Of a DNA stretch of 64,000 nucleotides, positions 9,953 to 18,733 are shown piece by piece (the first letter of the stretch is position 1; every line of letters begins with the position of its first letter). Origin of the DNA: Candidatus Gottesmanbacteria bacterium UBA6580 (lineage in GTDB: Bacteria; Patescibacteriota; Microgenomatia; UBA10105; UBA927); NCBI GenBank assembly GCA_002433895.1, contig DJJA01000003.1, positions 447,745 through 511,744 of the forward strand, given 5' to 3'. The position numbers and the translations under genes are program-made. The notes under the pieces are model-generated. The model was not told the DNA's origin, did no database searches, and saw nothing but the letters and a program-made list of their open reading frames with translations.

Positions 9953-10725
9953 ATTATTTTTTCTCCTTGGCGGCCATTTTATTTATCTACATGACGTGTT
10001 GGTATTGTGTCGCGGTTTTTGTAAAACGTAACGACATTGCGGATATCGCATGGGGATTGGGCTTTATTTTGTTGTCATGGGTTTCCTATGTATGGTCACC
10101 ATCACCTACCATGGCAGGACTTGCTGTCAATGCGCTGATATCCGTTTGGGGTATCCGGTTGGCGTTGCATATCTATTTTCGAAACCGGAAAAAGGGTGAG
10201 GATCACCGGTATCTCGCATGGAGAAAAGAGTGGGGTTCATGGTTTTATGTACGATCCTATTTCCAGATATTTATGCTGCAGGGAGTATTGTTGTACATCA
10301 TTGTGTTTCCCGTGTTGTATATGAATTATTTCCGTACTGAACAAGCGCTTGGTTTATGGGATATAGCCGGATTTTTCGTGTGGTTGTTTGGATTTTGTTT
10401 TGAATCAGCCGCAGATTGGCAACTGAAACAGTTTATCGCCAACCCGGCAAACAAAGGCAAAATAATGACGCAAGGACTGTGGCGCTTTAGTAGACACCCG
10501 AATTATTTTGGAGAAGTGGTGCAGTGGTGGGGCATATTTTTATATGCCGTATCTGCACCAAGCGGGTATGTCTCCGTTGTGGGGCCTCTTACCATCACCC
10601 TGCTTATTCTTTTCGTTTCCGGCGTCCCGTTGTTGGAAAAAAAATACGCGGGCCGGGAGGATTTTGCGCGGTACGCACGGCAAACCAGCATATTCATTCC
10701 TTTTCCGCCGAAACGTATTTCATGA
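9949..10725 (+). CDS. DUF1295 / steroid 5-alpha-reductase-ICMT-like membrane protein
   Basis: C-terminal FSRHPNYFGE motif characteristic of the DUF1295/ICMT/PEMT family. Start is the internal ATG at 9949, overlapping the upstream stop as ATGA. Confidence 0.7.
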   Translation: MNYFFSLAAILFIYMTCWYCVAVFVKRNDIADIAWGLGFILLSWVSYVWSPSPTMAGLAVNALISVWGIRLALHIYFRNRKKGEDHRYLAWRKEWGSWFYVRSYFQIFMLQGVLLYIIVFPVLYMNYFRTEQALGLWDIAGFFVWLFGFCFESAADWQLKQFIANPANKGKIMTQGLWRFSRHPNYFGEVVQWWGIFLYAVSAPSGYVSVVGPLTITLLILFVSGVPLLEKKYAGREDFARYARQTSIFIPFPPKRIS

Positions 10726-11231
10726 AGCCGAAAAAAGTACTTGTTAACGACCGGATGCAGCGCGGATATGTTTATTACCGAACCGAACCGGAAGGCAAAG
10801 CTTTTGACCCCCGTTTTGTGCCGGAGTTGACGCCCAAGCAGATGCTCCGGTTGGGGGTGTTTGGCGGTAAATACATGACAGACTGCCGGGATGAATTCCC
10901 CAAAAGCTGGTTTATTGGCGCGAAACTTTCCCCTGAGTTTTCGGATCCGAAAATAAATTTTTTTGGCATAGAGGCGAGTCAACCACTTCGTGAATGGCGG
11001 CGGAAGGATTGGATTCACCCGGATGATCCGCGCGGATGGTTCCAGTGGTATTGCCGGTATTATTCGGGAAGGCGTATGCCTGATGAAGACGATAGGCAAA
11101 TTACCCGATGGATAGCAATACGCCGGCATATTGCCCAAATTAAGCATAATTGTACGCCGGGGGATTGGTCGTGCCGCCCCCGTCAACGGCAGGCGCTGTT
11201 GCATTGGGCGTATGATGCCCGCCGTCTGTAG
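10722..11231 (+). CDS. conserved hypothetical cytoplasmic protein (169 aa, Trp/Arg-rich)
   Basis: Internal ATG at 10722 overlaps the DUF1295 stop as ATGA. It fills the remaining space in the co-directional array. No family recognised. Confidence 0.5.
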   Translation: MKPKKVLVNDRMQRGYVYYRTEPEGKAFDPRFVPELTPKQMLRLGVFGGKYMTDCRDEFPKSWFIGAKLSPEFSDPKINFFGIEASQPLREWRRKDWIHPDDPRGWFQWYCRYYSGRRMPDEDDRQITRWIAIRRHIAQIKHNCTPGDWSCRPRQRQALLHWAYDARRL

Positions 11232-11280
11232 CGGTTGGTGGTTGTACAAATTCCTTGCGGCATTTTATAATCATCCCTAT

Positions 11281-12384
11281 ATGAATAGCGAAACAAAACT
11301 TTTTGCGGGGATGATTCTTGCCACTGTCGTTATTATTGCCGGTGCGGTGTTTGCGTTTAGCAGACCCACCAACGCGCCCAAGATTGATCCAAAATTATTG
11401 GTTGCCGAAGATAGTTATAAGTTGGGGTCTCCGTCCGCAACTGTCACTCTTGTGGAATTCGGGGATTATCAGTGTCCTGCCTGCAGCGCCTATCATACCG
11501 TGGTGAAGCGGCTTACTGAAACATACAAAGAATCGCTGACTCTCGTATTCCGTAATTTCCCATTGCCATCGCATCCAAACGCACTCCCTGCCGCCCGGGC
11601 AGTGGAAGCCGCTGGACTGCAGGGGAAGTTCTGGGAAATGTATGACAAAGTATATGAAACGCAGGCAGAATGGTCGACCGAGAAAAATGCGGCGGAAATA
11701 TTTGCAGGATACGCGAAAGACCTGGGTCTCGATGGCGAGAAGTTTTCCAAGGATATGAAAAGTGATGCGGTGCAAAAGCGAATTGACCGGGATATAAATG
11801 ACGCGAACGTATTGGGAGTTAACGCGACACCGACGTTTTACCTCAACAACGAAAAGATCCAAAATCCCGCGAGCTTCGAAGATTTTGAAACGCTTATAAA
11901 AGCAGCCATACTCAACGCTCCACAGCCGAGCGCGTCGGATGAAGCGTCATATCATATACACGCCAATATCCGCGTATTGGTAGACGGCACGCCGGTAAAT
12001 TTTTCCGAAAGTAAATATCAGTCAAAGGAAGGCGAAGAGCTTCATGAGTATATACATTTCCATGACGGGATAGGGAATGTGTTTCATGTTCACAAAAAGG
12101 GAATGAAGTTGAGTGATCTGTTCGGATCACTTGGTATGAACTTTAGCGGGAAGCCGTTTGCCATGTATGTTAATGGCAAGCTGCAGTCTTTAAATGAAGC
12201 ATATGAACCCCAGGATTTAGACCGCATATTGGTGGTTTCAGGCGGAAGCATGTCCGATACCGCGTTGCAATCGCAAATTGCCGCGGTTTCTGATGATGCG
12301 TGTATATATTCTGAAAAGTGCCCTGAACGAGGAACTCCTCCCTCAGAAGAATGCGTTGGTGGGCTAGGCACAAATTGCGAATAG
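11281..12384 (+). CDS. membrane-anchored DsbA-like thiol:disulfide oxidoreductase fused to a C-terminal His/Cys-rich domain of unknown function
   Basis: N-terminal TM anchor and a complete DsbA/thioredoxin domain (EFGDYQCPAC ... GVNATPTFYLN). The C-terminal ~170 aa carry His-rich motifs (HIHANI, HEYIHFHDG, FHVHKKG) and a terminal four-Cys cluster. Confidence 0.7.
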   Translation: MNSETKLFAGMILATVVIIAGAVFAFSRPTNAPKIDPKLLVAEDSYKLGSPSATVTLVEFGDYQCPACSAYHTVVKRLTETYKESLTLVFRNFPLPSHPNALPAARAVEAAGLQGKFWEMYDKVYETQAEWSTEKNAAEIFAGYAKDLGLDGEKFSKDMKSDAVQKRIDRDINDANVLGVNATPTFYLNNEKIQNPASFEDFETLIKAAILNAPQPSASDEASYHIHANIRVLVDGTPVNFSESKYQSKEGEELHEYIHFHDGIGNVFHVHKKGMKLSDLFGSLGMNFSGKPFAMYVNGKLQSLNEAYEPQDLDRILVVSGGSMSDTALQSQIAAVSDDACIYSEKCPERGTPPSEECVGGLGTNCE

Positions 12385-12387
12385 TTT

Positions 12388-12419
12388 GTCTCGAGAGAAA
12401 ACTAATGTTTTCTCTCGAC
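12388..12419. terminator. imperfect hairpin between convergent genes (possible bidirectional terminator, no clear U-tract)
   Basis: GTCTCGAGAGAAAAC-taat-GTTTTCTCTCGAC, about a 13-bp stem with a 4-nt loop. Confidence 0.35.
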
Positions 12420-12468
12420 GTGCCATCCGGCTTAGCCAGATGAAAACCAGCACTGCTCTCTTTCCTTG

Positions 12469-13668
12469 TTATTCATAACGGAGTGCCTCAATGGGGTCGA
12501 GGCGGGCAGCTCTGATGGCGGGCGCTACTCCGAAGATAATGCCGATTGCAGCGGAAAATCCAAACGATAACATGACTGACCAGGGGGTCACGGACGTTGT
12601 GACAAACTGATTAATTCCGAGCGCTCCGGCCGCCCCGATGCCTATACCAATGGCTCCTCCGAAGAGCGAGAGAATGACTGACTCGATCAGAAATTGCATA
12701 AGGATATCCCGCGGTGTCGCACCGACCGCTTTCCGAAGTCCAATTTCTCTGGTGCGTTCGGTGACGGACACGAGCATGATGTTCATAATCCCTATGCCAC
12801 CCACCAGAAGCGATATACCGGCAATACCACCGAGGGCTGCGGTAATCACATTGAGAAATTGTGTAATTGTTTCCAGAAGTTGAGTTGATTCAAGTACCGT
12901 AAACTCATCATCTTTGAGACGTCTTGCCAGTATGCGTTCCGCATCCTGCTGGGCTTGGGTCACTTCGTCGGCACTATTTGCTTCCACAAATATCATAAAT
13001 GGCCGGTCCTGATTAAACTGCCGCATGGCGGTTGTTAACGGTATAGCCGTAAAGTCATCCGCACTTCCCATTGCTCCACCGCCTCCTTTGGACTTGATGA
13101 CGCCGACTATCTCAAACTGTATGTCATTGAGGGTTAATTTTTTTCCCACCGGATTTACTCCTTCGCCGAACAGATCGGTCGCCGGTTTATTGCCCAGCAC
13201 AATGACGCGGCGGGTTCTTTCGACATCGTTTTGAGTAATGATCCTGCCGTACTCTGGTTCATATTTGGCTAAATCGAAGTAATTTTCCCAAAGTCCCCAC
13301 ACTTCTGTAGAGACGGTGTTTCCTCCATAGGAAAATGTACCAAACCCCTGCACCATGGGAGACGCCTGTTTGATCGCATCACTACCACTTTCGAGATCCG
13401 ATGCGTCAGAAATTTCGAATTTACTGGCAGACATCATAGCACCCCGTGGCCCTTGACTCACATCGACATCTCCTGCCATGACCATGATGGTGTTTGAACC
13501 CAAACTGGCAAATTGCTCAGTGACATAGTTTTGGAGGCCGGTGCCAATAGAAACGAGGAGGATAACGGATGAAACGCCGATGATGATGCCAAGCATGGTG
13601 AGGAGTGAGCGCACTTTGTTTGTGCGGAGTGCATTGAACGCGAGCTTGGTGTATTCGGCAAAGTTCAT
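12469..13668 (-). CDS. ABC transporter permease, MacB/FtsX family
   Basis: N-terminal TM, a large extracytoplasmic domain, and a C-terminal FtsX-type 3-TM bundle (LLVGGIGIMNIMLVSVTERTREIGLRKA). Confidence 0.88.
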   Translation of the reverse strand: MNFAEYTKLAFNALRTNKVRSLLTMLGIIIGVSSVILLVSIGTGLQNYVTEQFASLGSNTIMVMAGDVDVSQGPRGAMMSASKFEISDASDLESGSDAIKQASPMVQGFGTFSYGGNTVSTEVWGLWENYFDLAKYEPEYGRIITQNDVERTRRVIVLGNKPATDLFGEGVNPVGKKLTLNDIQFEIVGVIKSKGGGGAMGSADDFTAIPLTTAMRQFNQDRPFMIFVEANSADEVTQAQQDAERILARRLKDDEFTVLESTQLLETITQFLNVITAALGGIAGISLLVGGIGIMNIMLVSVTERTREIGLRKAVGATPRDILMQFLIESVILSLFGGAIGIGIGAAGALGINQFVTTSVTPWSVMLSFGFSAAIGIIFGVAPAIRAARLDPIEALRYE

Positions 13669-13805
13669 CCGGGAAGTGAAATTTCGACCATTGCGTATCT
13701 ACGCTGTTGAAAATTCAGTCTCCTTTCGTTTTGTATACATAATATTATTTAGATTATTTATTCGACTCGCAATGAACGAAAGCGTGTCGAAATTCTACTA
13801 CCCGG

Positions 13806-14501
13806 TCATGTCCGTTTGGGTGGTTTCCCGTCAGCAATTATTTTCCCGTCCGCTATCCGGACGATGCGTTTTGCGTGATGCGCGACGTCTTCATCATGGG
13901 TGACGAGCACGATAGTGCTACCCTTGTCATGAAGGTTTTGGAATATGTTCATGATATCGCGCCCTGACTTACTATCGAGATTACCGGTTGGTTCGTCTGC
14001 CAATATGATGCTGGGCTTGGTAACGAGCGCGCGGGCGATCGCTACCCGTTGTTGTTGTCCTCCGGAAAGCTGGGATGGGAAGTTGCCCATTTTTTCTGAT
14101 AATCCGACTTCGGTAAGCATGGCGCGTGCCCGTTCCTTCCGTTCTTTTGGGGTAACTTTGGCATATACAAGCGGAAGTTCAACATTAGAGAGCGCGCTGG
14201 TTTTTCTGAGTAAATTAAATTGTTGAAAGACAAATCCTATGTGGGTATTCCGGATTTCCGCGAGCTCTGCGTCATTTGCCGTAAATATGTCGTGTTCTTC
14301 TATATATACCTTGCCGCTTGTCGGCCGGTCCAGGCAGCCGATGATATGCATGAGTGTTGATTTGCCCGACCCTGACGGTCCCATGATAGCGACAAATTCA
14401 CCCTCTTTGATGGAGAGGGATACATTATCCAAAGCCTGGAAAACGACGCCATCCATTTTGTACTCTTTGGAGACATTAGCAATCTTGAGAAGTGTTGTCA
14501 T
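13806..14501 (-). CDS. ABC transporter ATP-binding protein (MacB/LolD-type)
   Basis: Walker [10 protein letters not shown], signature LSGGQQQR and Walker B ILADEPT. ATGA-coupled to the upstream adaptor gene. Confidence 0.92.
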   Translation of the reverse strand: MTTLLKIANVSKEYKMDGVVFQALDNVSLSIKEGEFVAIMGPSGSGKSTLMHIIGCLDRPTSGKVYIEEHDIFTANDAELAEIRNTHIGFVFQQFNLLRKTSALSNVELPLVYAKVTPKERKERARAMLTEVGLSEKMGNFPSQLSGGQQQRVAIARALVTKPSIILADEPTGNLDSKSGRDIMNIFQNLHDKGSTIVLVTHDEDVAHHAKRIVRIADGKIIADGKPPKRT

Positions 14502-15553
14502 TTTGGGATGCTCGTAAAGCCCTTAGTGACTACCAAATCATTTTCATTCAACCCAGAGGTAATGATGACGTCATCTTCGTTTTTGGCGCCTGTGGTTACC
14601 GTTACTTTCTGGTATGTTTTGCCTGTTTTTTTGTAAACATAGGTTGTATTATTTTCTTCCCGTAACGCTTCGGTTGGAATTGTGAGCACATTGTCCTGGC
14701 GGCCTGTTTCGATAGTTATATCACCGTTTAGCCCAACCCGTAATTGCTGCGGATCGGTAAACGCGACTTTAACGGGGAACACGGTGGCTCCGCCGCTCGA
14801 TTGTTCTGAGACATAGGATATGTGGGCGATGGTACCTGAAAATGTCGACTCGGGAAACGCGTCCAGCTTGATGATCGCCGGTTGGCCGATGCTGATACCC
14901 CCGACATCAACCTCATCCACATTTGCCTCGAATATCAGGCTTTCAGGGTCAGCGACAGCAAACACCGAGGTGGCAGGTGTGATGTTCACGCCGGCAATGG
15001 GGGTGTCGATGTGGGTTACAATACCGGCAATGGGTGTGGTTAATGATGCAAACTCTACTGCCAGGCTCTTGAGCTCTACATCAAGGACCGCTTTATCGAG
15101 ATCCCATTGGTTTTTTTCGAGTATCCGCGCGACGGTATCATTGAGCAGATTATTCACCGCGTCAGTTTTTCTTGTGCCATACGTAATCTGGCGGGCTTCT
15201 TCAAAATCATTCCGTTCGTTAGAATAGTCGCGGAGCGCCTTTTCCAGATTTTTTTGTACCTCCCGCACGTCTAACCCTGCAAGTGCCTGGTATGCCTGCA
15301 CCCGGTCGCCTTCCTTCACTCCTACCCATGCAAGTTTTCCTGATGTTTGGAATTTGAGCTCAACTGATTTATCCGCCTGGGTTTTGCCGGAAGATGAGAG
15401 CGTTTTTACGAAATTTCTTTGGGTAACTTTAGCGGTAGTGATAGAGGTGTTGGCCTTTTGCGCAGCCGTGTTTTTTGACCAAAAAATAATTCCTGCGACG
15501 ACAAACACGATAATCAGGGATATTTTCCAATAGCGTGTTAGTATCGCTTTCAT
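14498..15553 (-). CDS. efflux transporter periplasmic adaptor / membrane-fusion protein (HlyD/MacA-like)
   Basis: N-terminal TM, coiled-coil hairpin, and beta-barrel/lipoyl-type C-terminal segments. Confidence 0.8.
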   Translation of the reverse strand: MKAILTRYWKISLIIVFVVAGIIFWSKNTAAQKANTSITTAKVTQRNFVKTLSSSGKTQADKSVELKFQTSGKLAWVGVKEGDRVQAYQALAGLDVREVQKNLEKALRDYSNERNDFEEARQITYGTRKTDAVNNLLNDTVARILEKNQWDLDKAVLDVELKSLAVEFASLTTPIAGIVTHIDTPIAGVNITPATSVFAVADPESLIFEANVDEVDVGGISIGQPAIIKLDAFPESTFSGTIAHISYVSEQSSGGATVFPVKVAFTDPQQLRVGLNGDITIETGRQDNVLTIPTEALREENNTTYVYKKTGKTYQKVTVTTGAKNEDDVIITSGLNENDLVVTKGFTSIPK

Positions 15554-15599
15554 AGAAGAATTATAGCAGTAATGTATGCCTATTTCTATTGGATATCGT

Positions 15600-15632
15600 A
15601 CAAAAACTCAGCCCGCAGTGTGGCGGGCTGAG
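15600..15632 (-). terminator. rho-independent terminator of the hsp20 gene
   Basis: Perfect 10-bp stem CTCAGCCCGC/GCGGGCTGAG with a 6-nt loop, followed on the minus strand by a TTTTTG run. Confidence 0.65.
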
Positions 15633-15662
15633 TAGGCGAGAGCCGAGCATATGCGTATCGGC

Positions 15663-16073
15663 TTATTTTTCTTCACGCACGGAAATTTTTTTGGGTTGTG
15701 TTTTAGGGGATTTTGCAAAAGAAACAGTCATCACACCGTTTTTGACGGCCGCTTCCGGTTCTTTGTTGATATCAAGGTCGCCTGGTACCGCGACTCTATA
15801 TGAAAACATACTCGCCGCTTTGCGGTAGTATTTTTTTTCTTTTTCTTCGTTTTTGGCTTCGCCTTTGATCCAGACGACACCTTTGTCAAATGTTACCTCT
15901 ATGTCTTTGGGGTCAACTCCCGGAACCGCGACCTGTACGTATACATGGGTATTGTCCTCGGAAAGTGATAAGCCGCTCGGCCAATTGGTGAGCGTTCCCC
16001 AGTCTTCTTCATCTTCCCAAAGGTTTGGAACTGACGGGATCCGCCAGAATGAGCGGGGGACTAAATCTACCAT
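15663..16073 (-). CDS. Hsp20/alpha-crystallin family small heat-shock protein
   Basis: Alpha-crystallin domain pattern (VQVAVPG ... GVMTVSF). Start ATG at 16073 is preceded by AAGGAGGTGA 7 nt upstream. The ORF-track GTG start at 16097 is unlikely. Confidence 0.88.
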   Translation of the reverse strand: MVDLVPRSFWRIPSVPNLWEDEEDWGTLTNWPSGLSLSEDNTHVYVQVAVPGVDPKDIEVTFDKGVVWIKGEAKNEEKEKKYYRKAASMFSYRVAVPGDLDINKEPEAAVKNGVMTVSFAKSPKTQPKKISVREEK

Positions 16074-16122
16074 AATCGTATCACCTCCTTTCTTCACCCT
16101 TCTTCAATGTGTTAAGAAGGTC

Positions 16123-16149
16123 TTAGCACTCTTATACCATGAGTGCTAA
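16123..16149. promoter_or_regulatory. CIRCE element (HrcA operator), exact consensus TTAGCACTC-N9-GAGTGCTAA
   Basis: Perfect 9-9-9 inverted repeat directly upstream of the hsp20 RBS. Confidence 0.88.
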
Positions 16150-16160
16150 TTTCTTGTCAA
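16132..16160 (-). promoter_or_regulatory. sigma70-like promoter of hsp20 (TTGACA-17-GTATAA) overlapped by the CIRCE element
   Basis: On the minus strand: TTGACAagaaaTTAGCACTCatgGTATAA. Confidence 0.5.
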
Positions 16161-16260
16161 CCCTGTTTTTTGTGACGGATCTGTGGGAGATTGTGTGGAC
16201 GGCATAATGATGTTTTTTGTATCTTGCGTTACATTATTCGATTACTTACAATGCCTTTAT

Positions 16261-17034
16261 ATGAAAGAAAATGAAACCGCAGCCCGTCCGGCATGGCCAC
16301 AGATAACACTTGTCGTTTTACTCGTCATCGCTTCATTTATGTTGGGGTCCCTCTATACAAAAGTGCAATATCTTGAAGCAGGCGGTGCACCTGCCGCAGG
16401 TGGGGCAGTTAAGTCAAAATACAAATCTTTTGAAGACGCGATGGGCGCGTTTGCAAAGGCCGTAAAGATGGATTCAAAGAAGCTTCTTACGTGTATGGAA
16501 AGCGGCGAGAAAGCCGCGATAGTAAACGCGGAAACTGAGGAAGGGAGCACTGTGGGGGTGACCGGCACACCGGCTTTCCTTATCAACGGTAAGCTGTTGG
16601 GTGGGGCATTTCCTTATGAAAGTTTTAAGGAAGTAATCGATAAAGAATTGGCGGGTACGGGATCAGAAGATCCTGCTGATTATTCGAAAAACCTGCAGGA
16701 CGCAAATAAATCAGGAGCGTTCGATCCGAAGCCAAGAGTGGTTGCGGTGGGTAACTCGAGCGTGCGTGGCGGGAAAGCTGGCGCGCCGGTAACGATTATC
16801 GAATTTTCCGATTTTCAATGCCCATACTGCGGAAAAGCACATCCGACTGTGAAAAAAGTGCTGGCTGACTATGGCGATAAAGTAACACTGGTATTCAAGC
16901 ATTTCCCATTGGTAAGCATCCATCCGCGGGCCCAGAAATCCGCAGAAGCGGCTGAGTGTGCCAAGGATCAGGGTAAATTCTGGGAATTCCACGATCAGTT
17001 GTTTGATAACCAGACAGACTGGGCAAGTCTTTAA
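16261..17034 (+). CDS. membrane-anchored DsbA-like thioredoxin-fold protein with apparently circularly permuted domain order
   Basis: N-terminal TM anchor, then the C-terminal half of a DsbA domain (MDSKKLL ... GVTGTPAFLINGKLL), a linker, then the N-terminal half (IIEFSDFQCPYCGKAH ... QGKFWEFHDQLFDNQ) and a stop. Start chosen at ATG 16261; 16207 is an alternative. Confidence 0.65.
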   Translation: MKENETAARPAWPQITLVVLLVIASFMLGSLYTKVQYLEAGGAPAAGGAVKSKYKSFEDAMGAFAKAVKMDSKKLLTCMESGEKAAIVNAETEEGSTVGVTGTPAFLINGKLLGGAFPYESFKEVIDKELAGTGSEDPADYSKNLQDANKSGAFDPKPRVVAVGNSSVRGGKAGAPVTIIEFSDFQCPYCGKAHPTVKKVLADYGDKVTLVFKHFPLVSIHPRAQKSAEAAECAKDQGKFWEFHDQLFDNQTDWASL

Positions 17035-17124
17035 GAACATAATCGCGGATAAGTGCGGATGTGGTAAAGGGAAGAAATACCTAGTGCTAGTTTTCCAAGC
17101 GTGGTAACGTCCGTAAATCCCTTA

Positions 17125-18159
17125 TCAGAAGAGTTCTTCCTGTTGTTTCTTGGTTGGTGTCTTTCCTAAGTGCGTAAATGCTGCCTCTGTTGCTGAACGC
17201 CCCCGGGGTGTCCGTTTCAAAAACCCGATTTGCATAAGGTATGGTTCCAATACTTCCTCTACGGTGCCGGTGTCTTCCGACAACGCAGCGGCGAGTGTTT
17301 CTATGCCCACAGGGCCGCCGGAGAATTTATCAATAAGGATAGTGAGTAGTCTTCGGTCTGAATTGTCGAGTCCTACACTGTCGACTTCAAAAAGGGTAAG
17401 GGAGTGGTGAAGTATGGGTTCATCAATCGTCCCATTACCTTCAATTTGCGCGACATCCCGTACCCTTTTGAGCAACCGGAGCGCGATGCGCGGAGTGCCG
17501 CGGCTCCGTTTGGCAAGTTCGCGGCGCGCGATGGGATCAAGCGCAATATTGAGTTTTTTGGCTGCCCGGTCGAGAATTTCTTCGATTTCTTTTGGCTCGT
17601 AAAACGACAATCTGGTGACGACGCCAAAGCGGTCGCGCATAGGGGAAGAGAGGAGTCCCACCCTCGTCGTCGCGCCGATAATGGTAAATGGAGGCAAATC
17701 CAACCGTAGCGTCCGGGCTGCCGGACCTTTCCCCAAGACGATGTCGAGCGCGTAATCTTCCATCGCTGGATAAAGGGTTTCTTCTACTACTTTATTGAGC
17801 CGGTGTATTTCATCTATAAACAGGATGTCGTTGGGTTCCAGATTGGTAAGTATAGCGGCCAGATCGCCTGCCCGTTCTATCGCCGGTCCGCTGGTGACGC
17901 GGACATTAACATCAAGCTCTTTGCCGATGAGGTGGGCCAGCGTTGTTTTACCCAGTCCGGGAGGGCCATAGAGGAGGATATGCTCCAGTGCCTCTTTCCG
18001 TTTTTTGGCTGCCGCTATAGCGATGTGTAGAGTGCGCTTGACGTTTTCCTGACCTGCAAACTCCGGCCAGGTAGCCGCCCGGAGTGATACGAGAAGTGAT
18101 TGTTCTTCCGGAGTGACCGTCGTTTCCAGAATGTTTTGGGTAAGCGGAGATTTTTTCAT
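17125..18159 (-). CDS. ruvB: Holliday junction branch migration ATPase RuvB
   Basis: AAA+ Walker A GPPGLGKTT, DEIHRL, and a winged-helix C-terminus. Confidence 0.95.
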   Translation of the reverse strand: MKKSPLTQNILETTVTPEEQSLLVSLRAATWPEFAGQENVKRTLHIAIAAAKKRKEALEHILLYGPPGLGKTTLAHLIGKELDVNVRVTSGPAIERAGDLAAILTNLEPNDILFIDEIHRLNKVVEETLYPAMEDYALDIVLGKGPAARTLRLDLPPFTIIGATTRVGLLSSPMRDRFGVVTRLSFYEPKEIEEILDRAAKKLNIALDPIARRELAKRSRGTPRIALRLLKRVRDVAQIEGNGTIDEPILHHSLTLFEVDSVGLDNSDRRLLTILIDKFSGGPVGIETLAAALSEDTGTVEEVLEPYLMQIGFLKRTPRGRSATEAAFTHLGKTPTKKQQEELF

Positions 18160-18165
18160 AAGATA

Positions 18166-18732
18166 TTACCCGAGCATTTTGAGGGCAAACTTTACTTTTT
18201 GTTCCAGCGTTCCTTCTGCCGGTAGCTTTTTTACCGCCTCCCGTGCTTCTTTACGGTCAAATCCCATGGTAATAAGCGCGTCTATGATTTGTTTTGTGTC
18301 GCCGCTTGTTTCATCGGTGAGATCCAGGTCTGATGTGCTCCCCAGTTTGCTTTTGAGCTCTATGATAATTTTTTGCGCGTTTTTTTTGCCGAGACGAGGA
18401 ACGGCCATAAAAAATTCAACATCAGAAGCAATAATTGCCCGTTTTATGGCGGTTTCTCCGCGGTCAAGAACGGCGAGCGCGGTTTTGGGTCCGATACCCG
18501 AGACACTTAATAGCAGTTCAAAAAGAGACATTTCTTCTTCCGAAGAAAAACCAAATAATTGCAAAACGTCTTCCCGCACATGCAAGTACGTAAGAACAGT
18601 GAGCTGCTGTCCCACTGTGGTTGTTGCGAGAAGGCCTTGTGGTACATGCACGGCATATCCAACCCCATGCACATCCAGGACGAGCGGGTTGTGATGCATG
18701 CGGATAACCGTACCGGTGAGTTGGGCGATCAT
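18166..18732 (-). CDS. ruvA: Holliday junction DNA helicase subunit RuvA
   Basis: N-terminus MIAQLTGTV, an OB fold, and a tandem HhH pair (VSGIGPKTA). Confidence 0.92.
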   Translation of the reverse strand: MIAQLTGTVIRMHHNPLVLDVHGVGYAVHVPQGLLATTTVGQQLTVLTYLHVREDVLQLFGFSSEEEMSLFELLLSVSGIGPKTALAVLDRGETAIKRAIIASDVEFFMAVPRLGKKNAQKIIIELKSKLGSTSDLDLTDETSGDTKQIIDALITMGFDRKEAREAVKKLPAEGTLEQKVKFALKMLG

Positions 18733-18733
18733 A

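Noticed and set aside
10503-11249. 248-aa minus-strand ORF
   Set aside because: Antisense to the DUF1295 gene and the 10722 gene. Proline/arginine-rich, composition-driven, with no motifs. The + strand genes fit the ATGA-coupled array.
13669-13805. Possible tRNA or small RNA in the ATPase-permease gap (also checked the 15554-15662, 16074-16260 and 20831-20948 gaps)
   Set aside because: No cloverleaf or T-loop (GTTCGA-type) signature in any intergenic gap. No tRNA, rRNA or CRISPR repeats found in the window.
16183-16260. ORF-track N-terminal extension of the permuted DsbA gene (MGDCVDGIMMFF...)
   Set aside because: The extension overlaps the hsp20 promoter/CIRCE region on the opposite strand and adds no sensible signal sequence. 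ATG 16261 followed by a TM anchor is more plausible.
18113-18694. 193-aa + strand ORF opposite ruvA
   Set aside because: Antisense to ruvA. Ser/Arg-rich with no motifs.
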